In this document: positions 50,683 through 60,475 of the stretch, in pieces
How the letters are laid out: the number at the start of each line of letters is the position of its first letter
Numbering within the stretch: the stretch's first letter is position 1
Assembly (NCBI GenBank): GCA_965196605.1
Contig: CBDAKK010000003.1
Span: 80,821-144,820 of the forward strand
DNA from: Spirochaetia bacterium
Lineage (GTDB): Bacteria; Spirochaetota; Spirochaetia; WTKD01; G963693115
Direction of reading: 5' to 3'
Length of the DNA: 64,000 nt
The notes under the pieces: generated by a model
Seen by the model: the letters and a program-made list of their open reading frames with translations, nothing else
Told to the model about the DNA's origin: nothing
Databases searched by the model: none
Program-made: the position numbers and the translations under genes

Positions 50683-51071
50683 CCTTACATGTTTTAAGCC
50701 TACTGGTAGCAGCGCGGCGCGTTGGTTTTGCGCAGAATGGTGTGTGCCCATGCAGGGTTCACGGCATGGGGAGAATAACGCGTGGTACGTGAGCGCAAAA
50801 TAATTGTTGCTGCCAAAACTGCGGGAGACTTCGCCGCGCTGTAGGCATGCTCATGCGTAAAAACAGGCACAGTACAAACCACAGCACAAGCTTAAGAATA
50901 CACACCACACCTTAGCGCCGCTAGAGTATTTAAGACACTAGCATTACTCACAGTCATGCATGCATAAACTTTAATTTTTTAAAAAGACTCTGAGCCGCAC
51001 AATTGCTTTAGGCATGCCCTAAAATGCTTATTCATATAAGGAAATAATTTTTTTTATTTGAAAAAAATTAT

Positions 51072-51100
51072 TGACGGAGTTTAACAAAAGAAATACACTA
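51072..51100 (+). promoter_or_regulatory. Candidate sigma70-type promoter for the third ABC importer operon
   Basis: TTGACG, a 17 nt spacer, then TACACT. It lies ~30 nt upstream of the ATG at 51129. Confidence 0.35.
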
Positions 51101-51128
51101 AAAACAAAAATAACATTAGGGGGTACTT

Positions 51129-52088
51129 ATGTTTAAAAAAGCATTGTGTGTTTTGTTTTTAATTTTTGTGTGCAATAGTTTTATAATGGCTGCAGAAATT
51201 AAGATTGGATTAGCGTATTTAGACGTGCAAGGGTTTTATGCGGGAGTGCGGCAGGGCGTACTGGATGCAAGCACAAGTCATGCAAAAAATACATTTTCAT
51301 TTATAGAAAGTAATTCTTCAGGGGACGTGTCTAAAGAACTACAGTTTGTAAACAATGCTATTACAGCGCGGGTAAGTGTTCTCATTATGTCTGCGGTTTC
51401 TACCAATGGTTCTCGAAAAGCCTTTAAGAATGCGAAGAAGGCGGGAATACCAATAATATGCTACAACACGTGCCTCGAAGATTTGGATGCATATGTCTAC
51501 ACCTACGCCTTGGGTGACCCAAAAAGGTTTGGTTTTTTGTCAGGAGAGAGACTGGTAAACATTAAGAAGGAAGAAAACATAAAAAAGCTTGCCGTGGGTA
51601 TTGTGAACTGCGAAATGTACGAAGTGTGCGTGCAAAGAAAAGAGGGCTTTGAATGCGCGCTGCAAAAAACCAAAACCGCTTATGATATAGTGGCAAATCA
51701 AGAAGGCACAGAGCTCGATAAAGCTATAGATGTTGCAATACAAATGGTAAACGCAAACCCAAGTATCAACATACTCTACGGGGAGTCGGGGGGAGCAACC
51801 TTGGGCGCTGTACGAGCAGTAAGAAAACTGAATAAGGTGGGAAAAATATTTGTAGTGGGCAGCGACATGACCACGGACATAGCACAAGAATTGAAAAAGA
51901 ACGACGTACTAAAGGGCATAACCGATATATCAGGTAAGGCCATGGGGGAACTTGCCTTTAGGCTTGCACTGAAGGCGGTTAACAAACAAAGGCTCAATGA
52001 CAAAATAGTCCCCGCGGAAATAAAGGTGTACCGTTCATCATTAGATGCGCAAGAATGGCTGGAGACTCACAAGGACGGCTTGCCCTAG
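51129..52088 (+). CDS. Periplasmic sugar-binding protein (type-I PBP, RbsB/LsrB-like) of an ABC importer
   Basis: Signal peptide, then the 'IKIGLAYLDVQGFYAGVRQG' PBP start. Length is 319 aa. Confidence 0.75.
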   Translation: MFKKALCVLFLIFVCNSFIMAAEIKIGLAYLDVQGFYAGVRQGVLDASTSHAKNTFSFIESNSSGDVSKELQFVNNAITARVSVLIMSAVSTNGSRKAFKNAKKAGIPIICYNTCLEDLDAYVYTYALGDPKRFGFLSGERLVNIKKEENIKKLAVGIVNCEMYEVCVQRKEGFECALQKTKTAYDIVANQEGTELDKAIDVAIQMVNANPSINILYGESGGATLGAVRAVRKLNKVGKIFVVGSDMTTDIAQELKKNDVLKGITDISGKAMGELAFRLALKAVNKQRLNDKIVPAEIKVYRSSLDAQEWLETHKDGLP

Positions 52089-52115
52089 GGCCTTAATGTT
52101 GGTTGCGGACAAGGC

Positions 52116-53636
52116 ATGCAAGACGCACTACTACACGCAGAAAATATTAGCAAAAAGTTTGGGAATACCATAGCGCTTGACAGGGTGTCTCTGCGTATTC
52201 CTGAAGCAAGGGTGTATGCGCTTTTAGGAAAAAACGGCGCGGGGAAATCAACCTTAATCAACACTCTCACGGGGGCACTTGTGCCCGACAGTGGAGAAGT
52301 CTACATACGCGATACAGCGTTAGAGGGAATGGGCGCAAAAAGAATAACGCATGCTCAATCTTTAGGGGTAAGCGTGGTGTATCAAGAGCTTACGGTTATA
52401 GATTATCTATCCGTGATGGACAATGTATTTCTCGGCACATGGTATAGCAGGCATGGAGTCATAGATACAAAAAAAGCCACGTTAGAATTACAAAGCATTT
52501 TTGATGAGCTACAACTCAACATAGATGCACATGCCTTGCTTATCAAGCTCTCTCCCTCGCAAAGACAACTGGTGGAAATTTCTAGGGCACTTATACAAAA
52601 GCCGCAATTGTTAATATTAGATGAACCCACAAGTTCCTTGGGGCTTCATGAGGTAGCAATACTTTTTAGGATGATACGCAAGCTACAAGAAAACAAATCA
52701 TCGATTATATATGTAAGTCACCGCATGTCGGAAATACATGAGATAGCCGACACCATAGGGATAATGAGGGACGGGAAACTTATATCCGAAATAGAACAAA
52801 AAGACTCTAGCGTTGAAAAGGTGGTGCGCCTCATGTTGGGAGAAGCGTATAGTCCCACACAAGGCAAGACAGCGCGTAAGGGCCCTGCGCGCGCAAAAGA
52901 GCCTTGCTTGAAAGTTGTAAACATAAGCCTAAAGCCAAAAATTAAGGACTTGTCCTTCACGCTTTATAAAGGAGAAATACTCGGAATAGCGGGACTGCTG
53001 GGCTCGGGCAGAAGCGAAATTTTGGAAGCACTCGCAGGTTTGCGAAAAATAGATGAGGGCTCTGTTCAATTAATGACAGACAAGCGCTTTTTAGACATTA
53101 CGGCGCATGGTTTTTTAAAAACAAAAATGCATGGAGTAGGCTTTGTATCTGAAGACAGAAAAAAATGCGGAATACTCCCCAACCTTTCCGTTGAAGAAAA
53201 TGTGGTGCTAACAAACATGGCGCGCGTAAGCAGGTGTTCTGTCATCAACAGCCGTAAAGTAAAAAAAGACACGGCGCGCATTGTCCGCGAAATGGACATC
53301 AAGCTTGAGAGTACAAAAACGAATATTCTCTCATTATCCGGAGGCAACCAACAAAAGGTGGTTATAGGCAAATGGTTTTACACCAACTGCAAGGTACTGC
53401 TCCTCGACGAACCCACTCGTGGAGTTGATATAAAATCTAAAACGCAAATTTATGAACTGGTACAAAATTGGGTAAAAAAAACCAACAGCAGCGCGCTGGT
53501 GGTTTCCAGCGAAATAGAGGAGCTGCCCTTGCTCTGCGACAGGATAGTAATTTTGAACAAGGGGCGCATGATAAACCCTACTGCAGGGCACGCGGATGCG
53601 GACGCTCTTTTGACTCAAATTTTAAAAGAAGGATGA
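52116..53636 (+). CDS. Sugar ABC transporter ATP-binding protein (duplicated NBDs)
   Basis: 'GKNGAGKST', 'GLLGSGRSE' and the signature 'LSGGNQQKVVIGKW'. Confidence 0.85.
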   Translation: MQDALLHAENISKKFGNTIALDRVSLRIPEARVYALLGKNGAGKSTLINTLTGALVPDSGEVYIRDTALEGMGAKRITHAQSLGVSVVYQELTVIDYLSVMDNVFLGTWYSRHGVIDTKKATLELQSIFDELQLNIDAHALLIKLSPSQRQLVEISRALIQKPQLLILDEPTSSLGLHEVAILFRMIRKLQENKSSIIYVSHRMSEIHEIADTIGIMRDGKLISEIEQKDSSVEKVVRLMLGEAYSPTQGKTARKGPARAKEPCLKVVNISLKPKIKDLSFTLYKGEILGIAGLLGSGRSEILEALAGLRKIDEGSVQLMTDKRFLDITAHGFLKTKMHGVGFVSEDRKKCGILPNLSVEENVVLTNMARVSRCSVINSRKVKKDTARIVREMDIKLESTKTNILSLSGGNQQKVVIGKWFYTNCKVLLLDEPTRGVDIKSKTQIYELVQNWVKKTNSSALVVSSEIEELPLLCDRIVILNKGRMINPTAGHADADALLTQILKEG

Positions 53637-53637
53637 A

Positions 53638-54600
53638 ATGCGACAGAGTAAAAAAACAGCACTATCGTTTTTTATAAAGAACGCCAATGAGATGATATTG
53701 ATAGTCATACTAAGCTTTTTATACATGGTATTTTCCTATTTCACAGAATACTTTAACACATGGCAAACGCAAAAGTACGTCTTAATACAGTGTGCAAAAA
53801 TAGGGCTCCCAGCGCTCACCATGACCTTTGTCATCATATGCGGTGAAATAGACGTAAGCACCGGCCCCATGGTTGCATTTTTGTCGGTTGTTTTTGCATA
53901 TTTGCTACAGTTTGAATACAATTTTTTTCTAGCTTTTGCCTGCATAGCGCTCTTGGGTGCCTGCTTTGGCGCTTTTGTGGGCATGATGAGAACCTACTTT
54001 TTGGTGCCAAGTTTTGTAGGTACCTTGTCATTGTGGCTAGCGCTGAGAGGCAGCGCCGTTTACATAACAAACGCGAGTTCCGTAGCAATACCCAATACAG
54101 ACACGCTCTCTTTTTTTGATTCCTCAATTTTCGCCATACCCGTAAGCGTCTTAATGCTGCTTTTAGGGATTGCGCTGTTTTACTTTATGTCTGTAAAAAC
54201 CGTGTACGGAAGGTCGGTGTATGCCATTGGTGGTAATGCACGCTCTGCGCTTTTAAGCGGAATACCTGTGCATAAAATACGAATAGCAACATTCGTTTTT
54301 TCTGGAATTATGGCTGCAATAACGGCGCTCATTTTTACCGCTGAGTCTGAGGTAGGAAGTCCCACAACGGCAAATGGTTTGGAGTTTAACGTAATATCCG
54401 CGGTTGTCATTGGCGGTTCAGCCTTGTCAGGAGGGCGCGGGTCGGTTTTGGGCTCAATGTTAGGCGTGCTTGTCATTAGCACCATTAACACGGGGCTTGT
54501 ACAAATTGGGGTAAATTCAAATTTACAAAAAGTTATGAGCGCAGTCATTATTCTCATAGCGGTTTTAATAAATAATCTCATTATGAAAAAAAAGGAGTAA
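53638..54600 (+). CDS. Sugar ABC transporter permease (RbsC family)
   Basis: Hydrophobic 320 aa protein with 'GGSALSGGRGSVLGSMLGVLVI'. Confidence 0.8.
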   Translation: MRQSKKTALSFFIKNANEMILIVILSFLYMVFSYFTEYFNTWQTQKYVLIQCAKIGLPALTMTFVIICGEIDVSTGPMVAFLSVVFAYLLQFEYNFFLAFACIALLGACFGAFVGMMRTYFLVPSFVGTLSLWLALRGSAVYITNASSVAIPNTDTLSFFDSSIFAIPVSVLMLLLGIALFYFMSVKTVYGRSVYAIGGNARSALLSGIPVHKIRIATFVFSGIMAAITALIFTAESEVGSPTTANGLEFNVISAVVIGGSALSGGRGSVLGSMLGVLVISTINTGLVQIGVNSNLQKVMSAVIILIAVLINNLIMKKKE

Positions 54601-54604
54601 GATT

Positions 54605-55648
54605 ATGTCTACAAAAATGGTAGCGTGCTATTTGCCCGGAAACTCAAGCACGCAGCTACAACGCGTGAACATACCCGCGCCGCGCCACGGATAAGTGCTT
54701 ATAAAAATGCAGGCCTCTGGCATATGTGGCTCGGACATAAAGTACATTTATCACAAGCACCTTGGTACGGAAGGCACGGCATATAAAGGCGTCATAGCAG
54801 GCCATGAACCTTGTGGCATAATTGTAGAAACAAGCGCAGAAAGCACGTACTTCAAGCTTGATGATAGGGTTATTGTCTACCATATTTCAGGCTGCGGGTT
54901 TTGTAGAAACTGCAGAAATGGATATCAGATATCATGCGCTAGCACACAAAGAGCCGCCTATGGATGGCAAAGGGACGGGGGGCACAGCGAGTACATGGTG
55001 GCGGAAGAAAAAGACTTGATAAAACTACCCCAAAGCTTGAGCTATGACGACGGCGCTTTTATTTCTTGTGGAGCGGGCACGGCCTATGAGGCTGCCCTAC
55101 GAGCGGGAGTAAGTGGCTCGGACATAGCATTAATAGTAGGCCTCGGGCCTGTGGGACAAGCCTTAGCAATGATATGCAAGGGACGCGGCTCCCCAAGGGT
55201 CATTGGGGTGGATGTAGTACAATCACGTGTTGATGCAGCAGTGGAAAAAGGACTCATAGATACGGGGTTCATCTTTGACGAAGCCATAAAAGATGAAATT
55301 ATAGAGCTGAGCAAGGGCGGGGCTCATTGCTCGTTTGACTGCACGGGCAACGCGGATGCGCGCCTACTAGCTTTGCAAGCCTCAAGGGAATGGGGCAGAA
55401 CCGTATACATAGGGGAGCAGGGGCATGTGCAATTTCAAGTAAGCGCAGACCTCATGTACAAGCAAAGAAGCCTCTATGGCTCTTGGGTTACAAGCCTTGG
55501 CAACATGGAACGCTGCTGTGAAGACTTTGACATGTGGGGCAAACACCCCGCAAAAATTATAAGCAACCGCTTCAGTTTACACGAGATTGAAGAGGCATAT
55601 AAACTTGTTGCGAAGGGACACAGCGGCAAAGTTATCATAACATTCTAA
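54605..55648 (+). pseudogene. Zn-dependent alcohol dehydrogenase (MDR) gene interrupted by an in-frame TAA at codon 30
   Basis: A strong RBS (AAGGAG) precedes the ATG at 54605. The frame reads 'MSTKMVACYLPGNSSTQLQRVNIPAPRHG*VLIKMQASGICGSD', with a TAA at 54692-54694 in the conserved N-terminal strand. Downstream of the stop is a complete ADH body (GHEPCG, GLGPVG). Confidence 0.6.
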
Positions 55649-55649
55649 G

Positions 55650-56540
55650 ATGGACTTCTACACTATTGCAAACAAGCATTTTACTATAACCATTGCGCGA
55701 CAAGGTGGCGCTGTAGTAAAGGCACAATACAAGGGCGAAGACATTTTAAGAGAACACGTGAATTACACCAATGACTTTAGCATTTTACGCACGGGCTGCT
55801 TCCCCCTCGTCCCCTTTGGCAACAGAATAGAAAATAACACATTCAGTTTTGAGAGCACGCACTATGAGGTTTTCAAAAACATAGGCTTTGACCCCTTGCA
55901 TGTGCACGGGGACGCGTGGCTTGAAGACTGGGAGCTGCATTCTCATGAAGAAGAAGGCATGAGCATAAAAGTTAGCATTGCATCTACCAAAAACCCCTAC
56001 CATTATGAGGCATACCAGCATTTCAAAATTACGGAAGACGACTTTACTATCACGCTGAAAGTTATCAACAAGGGCAAGCGCCTACCCTTCGGCCTAGGCT
56101 TCCATCCCTTTTTTCCGCTTACAAAAGACACCATGCTCTTTGCAAAAGCGAGCTGCTATTGGACGGAGAAGGAGCACTTTTTGCCAGACGAAAAAAAACC
56201 ACTGGAGCCCGAACTAGACTTTAATGCCCCCAATCTTGTTCCACACACATGGTGCAACAATTGCTTTGAAGGATGGGATGGAAGCGCGATTATACGCTAC
56301 CCGCACAATACATTGAACATTCATGTCAAAGCGCCCTTGAGCAATTATTACTTTTTGTTTGTCTCAAGCCGCGAATTTGAAAAAAACTACCATGATGATT
56401 ATTTTTGCTTTGAGCCCATGACGCATTGTGCAAATGCGCACAACCAGAGTAGCTTAGGCGGATTGCAAGTGCTTAACAAGGGAGCATGCCTATCGCTGAG
56501 TATGTCGTTATCACCGTACTTTTCACAAAGCACCATGTAA
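55650..56540 (+). CDS. Aldose 1-epimerase-family protein (mutarotase-like)
   Basis: 'FPLVPFGNRIENNTFSF' and 'HGDAW' match galactose-mutarotase-family motifs. Length is 296 aa. Confidence 0.7.
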   Translation: MDFYTIANKHFTITIARQGGAVVKAQYKGEDILREHVNYTNDFSILRTGCFPLVPFGNRIENNTFSFESTHYEVFKNIGFDPLHVHGDAWLEDWELHSHEEEGMSIKVSIASTKNPYHYEAYQHFKITEDDFTITLKVINKGKRLPFGLGFHPFFPLTKDTMLFAKASCYWTEKEHFLPDEKKPLEPELDFNAPNLVPHTWCNNCFEGWDGSAIIRYPHNTLNIHVKAPLSNYYFLFVSSREFEKNYHDDYFCFEPMTHCANAHNQSSLGGLQVLNKGACLSLSMSLSPYFSQSTM

Positions 56541-56858
56541 GAAGATGTACGGTATATTTTTGAGAGCGCAATAGTAAAGAAGCTCTGTCGATATAGCCTC
56601 TCTACCATTGCCCATGAGCCCGAGAAAAACACTGGTGTTTTTTGCACAGGCACTGCCACGGGGTTTTGTGTGCCCGCACAGGCTTGTAAGGCATGACTGA
56701 GGAGGGTTGCCCACACCAAAGGCAAAGGTGACTCTGTTAACATAGCTTCACTATTGGAAAACTACAATGCGCTAGATATATCAGAGTTTCATATTGTATA
56801 ATTTGTTTAAGGAGGATTGTTAGCCAATTTTTAGCGTAGGTGGCACATCCCAATATGT

Positions 56859-58508
56859 ATGAAAGCAAACGAAGCAAGTTTATTAACCATCATTCAAAAA
56901 CGTGCCCAATTTATTATTCCCATATATCAGCGGACTTATAGTTGGCAATATAAACAATGCAAAAAATTATTTGAAGATATTCTAAAAGCATCGGAATCTC
57001 AAGGACACTTTGTAGGTTCAATCGTTTACTTTGAGCCCGATATTCATACCGCAACAGAAATACAAAAGTATTTAGTAATTGATGGACAACAAAGAGTAAC
57101 TACCGTCACTTTATTAATTGCAGGCTTGGTTCGATTTATTGAAGAGAATCCAGACTGCCAAATAGATACCACATCAGAAAAGTTAAGGAATTATTATTTA
57201 TGTAATCCTGCAGAAAAGGACACGAATTTATACCTCAAATTACTATTGACGAAAAAAGATAAAGAAACCTTAGAAAATCTTGTAACCAATAAGCCTTTAC
57301 CTCACGAACGATCTAATAAGATAGTTGAAAATTATGACTATTTCTACAAACAAATCAATAACAATAACATCAAGAAAATATACCAAGGATTGCAAAAATT
57401 ACTAGTAATTGATGTTGCACTAGAAAAGGGAAAAGATAATCCGCAGTTAATCTTCGAGAGTTTGAACTCCACAGGTTTAGACTTATCACAAGCAGACCTT
57501 ATTAGAAACTATATTTTAATGAGACAAGAGAATACATTTCAAAAATATCTCTATGAAAAATACTGGTATCCTATGGAACAAAGCTTTGGAGAGGAGATAG
57601 ATAAATTACCTTGGTTTATGCGTGATTATTTAACTATGAAGTTACATAACATTCCAAAAACAGAAGAGGTTTATGACAAGTTTAAAGCTTATTTCCATAG
57701 CAAGAAGGATGCAGGAATAGAAACTATAGTACGTAATCTTTATGAATATTCTCAATATTATATTGCCATTGTTTTAGGGAAAGAAAAAGATACAACGCTA
57801 CAATCTCTATTTAGGGAAATTACTACATTAAGGATGGAGACATCCTATCCTTTTTTATTGGCAGTTTATAAAGATTATGAAGATAAGGTTATAACATTAC
57901 ATGAGTTTATAGAAATAGCACACTTAGCTAAAAACTATGTATTTAGACGTGCTATTTGCGGCATTCCCACGAATAGTTTAAACAAAACATTTGCCATATT
58001 CTATAAAAGCATTAAAAAAGACACCTATTTAGAATCGGTAAAAGCAACATTTTTACTCATGGAGGGGTATAAAAGATTTCCTAATGATGCAGAGTTTACA
58101 AGAGAATTTCAGGTAAAGGATATATATAACTTTAGGTCAAGAAACTATCTATTAAAATCCTTAGAAAACTTTAAGCGCAAAGAATTAGTAAATGCTGAAA
58201 ACTATACCATTGAGCATATAATTCCACAAAACAAAGAAATCTCTCAAGCATGGCAACAAGAATTAGGCGAAAACTGGAAAATAGTAAGGGAAAAATATTT
58301 GCACACATTAGGTAATATAACACTCACTGCGTATAATTCCGAATTGTCAGATAGACCATTTATCGATAAAAAAAATATAAAAGGAGGCTTTAACGAGAGT
58401 CCTTTATTTCTCAATAAATCCGTTCGTAAAGCTGAAGTTTGGAATGAAAAAGCAATTAACAACAGAGCAGAAGAATTATCTCAAAGAGCATTACAAGTAT
58501 GGCCGTGA
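56859..58508 (+). CDS. GmrSD-like type IV (modification-dependent) restriction endonuclease homolog: DUF262 (ParB-like NTPase) + DUF1524 (His-Me finger)
   Basis: DUF262 motifs 'IPIYQRTYSW' and 'VIDGQQRVTTVTLLI'. DUF1524 motifs 'TIEHIIPQ' and 'LGNITLTAYNSELSD'. AT-rich relative to the flanks. Confidence 0.8.
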   Translation: MKANEASLLTIIQKRAQFIIPIYQRTYSWQYKQCKKLFEDILKASESQGHFVGSIVYFEPDIHTATEIQKYLVIDGQQRVTTVTLLIAGLVRFIEENPDCQIDTTSEKLRNYYLCNPAEKDTNLYLKLLLTKKDKETLENLVTNKPLPHERSNKIVENYDYFYKQINNNNIKKIYQGLQKLLVIDVALEKGKDNPQLIFESLNSTGLDLSQADLIRNYILMRQENTFQKYLYEKYWYPMEQSFGEEIDKLPWFMRDYLTMKLHNIPKTEEVYDKFKAYFHSKKDAGIETIVRNLYEYSQYYIAIVLGKEKDTTLQSLFREITTLRMETSYPFLLAVYKDYEDKVITLHEFIEIAHLAKNYVFRRAICGIPTNSLNKTFAIFYKSIKKDTYLESVKATFLLMEGYKRFPNDAEFTREFQVKDIYNFRSRNYLLKSLENFKRKELVNAENYTIEHIIPQNKEISQAWQQELGENWKIVREKYLHTLGNITLTAYNSELSDRPFIDKKNIKGGFNESPLFLNKSVRKAEVWNEKAINNRAEELSQRALQVWP

Positions 58509-58928
58509 CCAGATTTAGATGAGAATATTTTACGCATCTATAGGCCATCTGAAATAATAAAAGACACTATTGAATATTCAATACAGCAGTATGAATATTT
58601 ACAAAACGATATGTTGGACTTGTATCGCTCATTTGAAAAAAAAGTACTAAATATTGATGCCACGATAAAAGTTGAGTTTACAAAAAAATATATAGCCTTT
58701 AAGGCACAAACAAACTTTGTTAACGTTATTCCTCAAAAAGCAAGACTACGTTTAAACTTAAATATAAATTTCGATAAAATCCAAGACCCAAAAAAACTTT
58801 GTACAGATATAAGCAATACCGGAAACTGGGGTAATGGTAATGCAGCCGTATATGTATCTCATGCATCAGAACTAGATGATATAATTGAACTCACAAAACA
58901 AGCCTTTGAAGAGCAAATGAATGATTAG
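58509..58928 (+). CDS. C-terminal extension ORF, in frame with the GmrSD-like gene and separated from it by a single TGA (105 aa from the first ATG at 58611)
   Basis: No stop codons occur between the TGA at 58506-58508 and 58928 in the same frame ('…LQVWP*PDLDENILRIYRPSEII…MLDLYRSFEKKVL…'). Confidence 0.5.
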   Translation, partial: PDLDENILRIYRPSEIIKDTIEYSIQQYEYLQNDMLDLYRSFEKKVLNIDATIKVEFTKKYIAFKAQTNFVNVIPQKARLRLNLNINFDKIQDPKKLCTDISNTGNWGNGNAAVYVSHASELDDIIELTKQAFEEQMND

Positions 58929-59079
58929 AAATGTAAAGCTTGGAACTGCCACAGTCGCCTTTTTCTAACCTTGTGTTTCTCTAACCCTTTGGGTTTAGGT
59001 TGACGGTAGGTACTGGCACTTGCGCTTATCAAGCACCGTCAATACATAAAGCGTATGTTGTGTACAATGAGCGTAAAGC

Positions 59080-60471
59080 ATGTGCGCATTAGTAGCAAAT
59101 AAAGAGACTTATGACTTTTTGCACCGCGGGTGTACGCGCGTGGTGCGTGACCCCCTATGGACTGCCATAGGCTACGACGAGGCCTGCTCTGCCTTGCTAG
59201 AGAGCCCCACGCTCATGAAGCTGCACAACATTCGTCAGTTGGGCCCCACGGCGCTTGTGTACCCCGGCGCCACTCACACGCGCTACAGCCACAGCCTTGG
59301 CGTCATGCACCTTGCGCGCCTTGTGCTTTTAGAACTCATGAAGCGCAAACACTGCCCGCGCATAAGCGTAGCAGAGGCCAAGGCATTTTTGGCGGCGGCG
59401 CTCCTCCACGACGTGGGGCACTTCCCCTACACGCATAGCCTCAAAGAACTACCGCTACCACCCCATGAGGAAATAAGCGCGGCGCTTATAAGCGGAAACG
59501 GGGACGTATTAGAAGAGAGTCTTGAAGAGGGCGCAGCGGCGCGGCTTAAGACTCACGTAGAAAAAAGTCCGCTCCCTGCCCTCCTTACACAGTGGGGAGT
59601 AGCGCCTCCATACGCCGCCGCAATAGTCTCCAACAAACTACACGCAGCGCATGAAGATGAACGCGCACTCTTAACCATGTTCCGCACCATTCTTTCAGGC
59701 GCACTGGACCCCGACAAGCTTGACTACCTGTGTCGCGATGCGTTTTTTTGCGGCGTGCCCTACGGCATACAAGACGTAGACTTTGCCATACGTTCCATAG
59801 ACATAGATGAGAACATGCGCATATGCTTGAAGTCTTACATGCCCACAGAACACATTTTGTTTTCAAAGTACCTTATGTATAAAAGCGTTTATTGGCACAG
59901 CAAGGTGCGCGCCGCCACAGCCATGGTGAAACACGCGCTCTTTCACGCAATTACAAAAACGGTAATTATGCCGCATGAACTTTTGTTTTTAACGGATGAG
60001 GAATTTCACACCCTGTGTAGAGCGCGCGTTAAAAACTGTGAAAAACTTGCGCTTGTAGATGCCGTGCGCTGCGGTAGTTTGCACGCATGCCTAGCTTCAT
60101 GTGACGTAACACAAGAGATGCACGCCTTGGAAAGCTTGCCCCTACGCAGCGCTTGTGAGGCTGCACTCTCACAGCATTTGGGAATACCACATGTTATAAT
60201 AGACTTACCGGAGCGCATAGCCTTTGAAAGCCCTTATGACTCTCCGCCAGTGCCCATTGAAATTGCAAGCGCCCAAGCGCATCACACTGAAAAACATGAA
60301 AACCACAACGCTACTGTTTTTGACCAGCACACCGCCGCTCACTTTAGCACGGTGCTACGAAGACTGCGCGTGTTTGTTCCGCAAAGCCCTAAAGCAGAAG
60401 GCCTCATGCACAATGTACACATAGGGCACATAGTACAAAACGAGATACAAGAAGCGCTTGGAGGAGCGTAA
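59080..60471 (+). CDS. HD-domain phosphohydrolase, dNTP triphosphohydrolase (Dgt/SAMHD1)-like
   Basis: 'THTRYSHSLGVMHLARL' and 'LLHDVGHFPYTHS' HD motifs. The true start may be at a later Met (MKLHNIRQ). Confidence 0.75.
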   Translation: MCALVANKETYDFLHRGCTRVVRDPLWTAIGYDEACSALLESPTLMKLHNIRQLGPTALVYPGATHTRYSHSLGVMHLARLVLLELMKRKHCPRISVAEAKAFLAAALLHDVGHFPYTHSLKELPLPPHEEISAALISGNGDVLEESLEEGAAARLKTHVEKSPLPALLTQWGVAPPYAAAIVSNKLHAAHEDERALLTMFRTILSGALDPDKLDYLCRDAFFCGVPYGIQDVDFAIRSIDIDENMRICLKSYMPTEHILFSKYLMYKSVYWHSKVRAATAMVKHALFHAITKTVIMPHELLFLTDEEFHTLCRARVKNCEKLALVDAVRCGSLHACLASCDVTQEMHALESLPLRSACEAALSQHLGIPHVIIDLPERIAFESPYDSPPVPIEIASAQAHHTEKHENHNATVFDQHTAAHFSTVLRRLRVFVPQSPKAEGLMHNVHIGHIVQNEIQEALGGA

Positions 60472-60475
60472 GGCC

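Noticed and set aside
58506-58508. TGA read as Trp (Mycoplasma-type genetic code) given the Mycoplasma-like DUF285 lipoproteins
   Set aside because: Many clearly complete genes in the window terminate at TGA with proper length (for example the SDR gene at 9557-9559), and GC content is ~48%. The standard code is the parsimonious reading.
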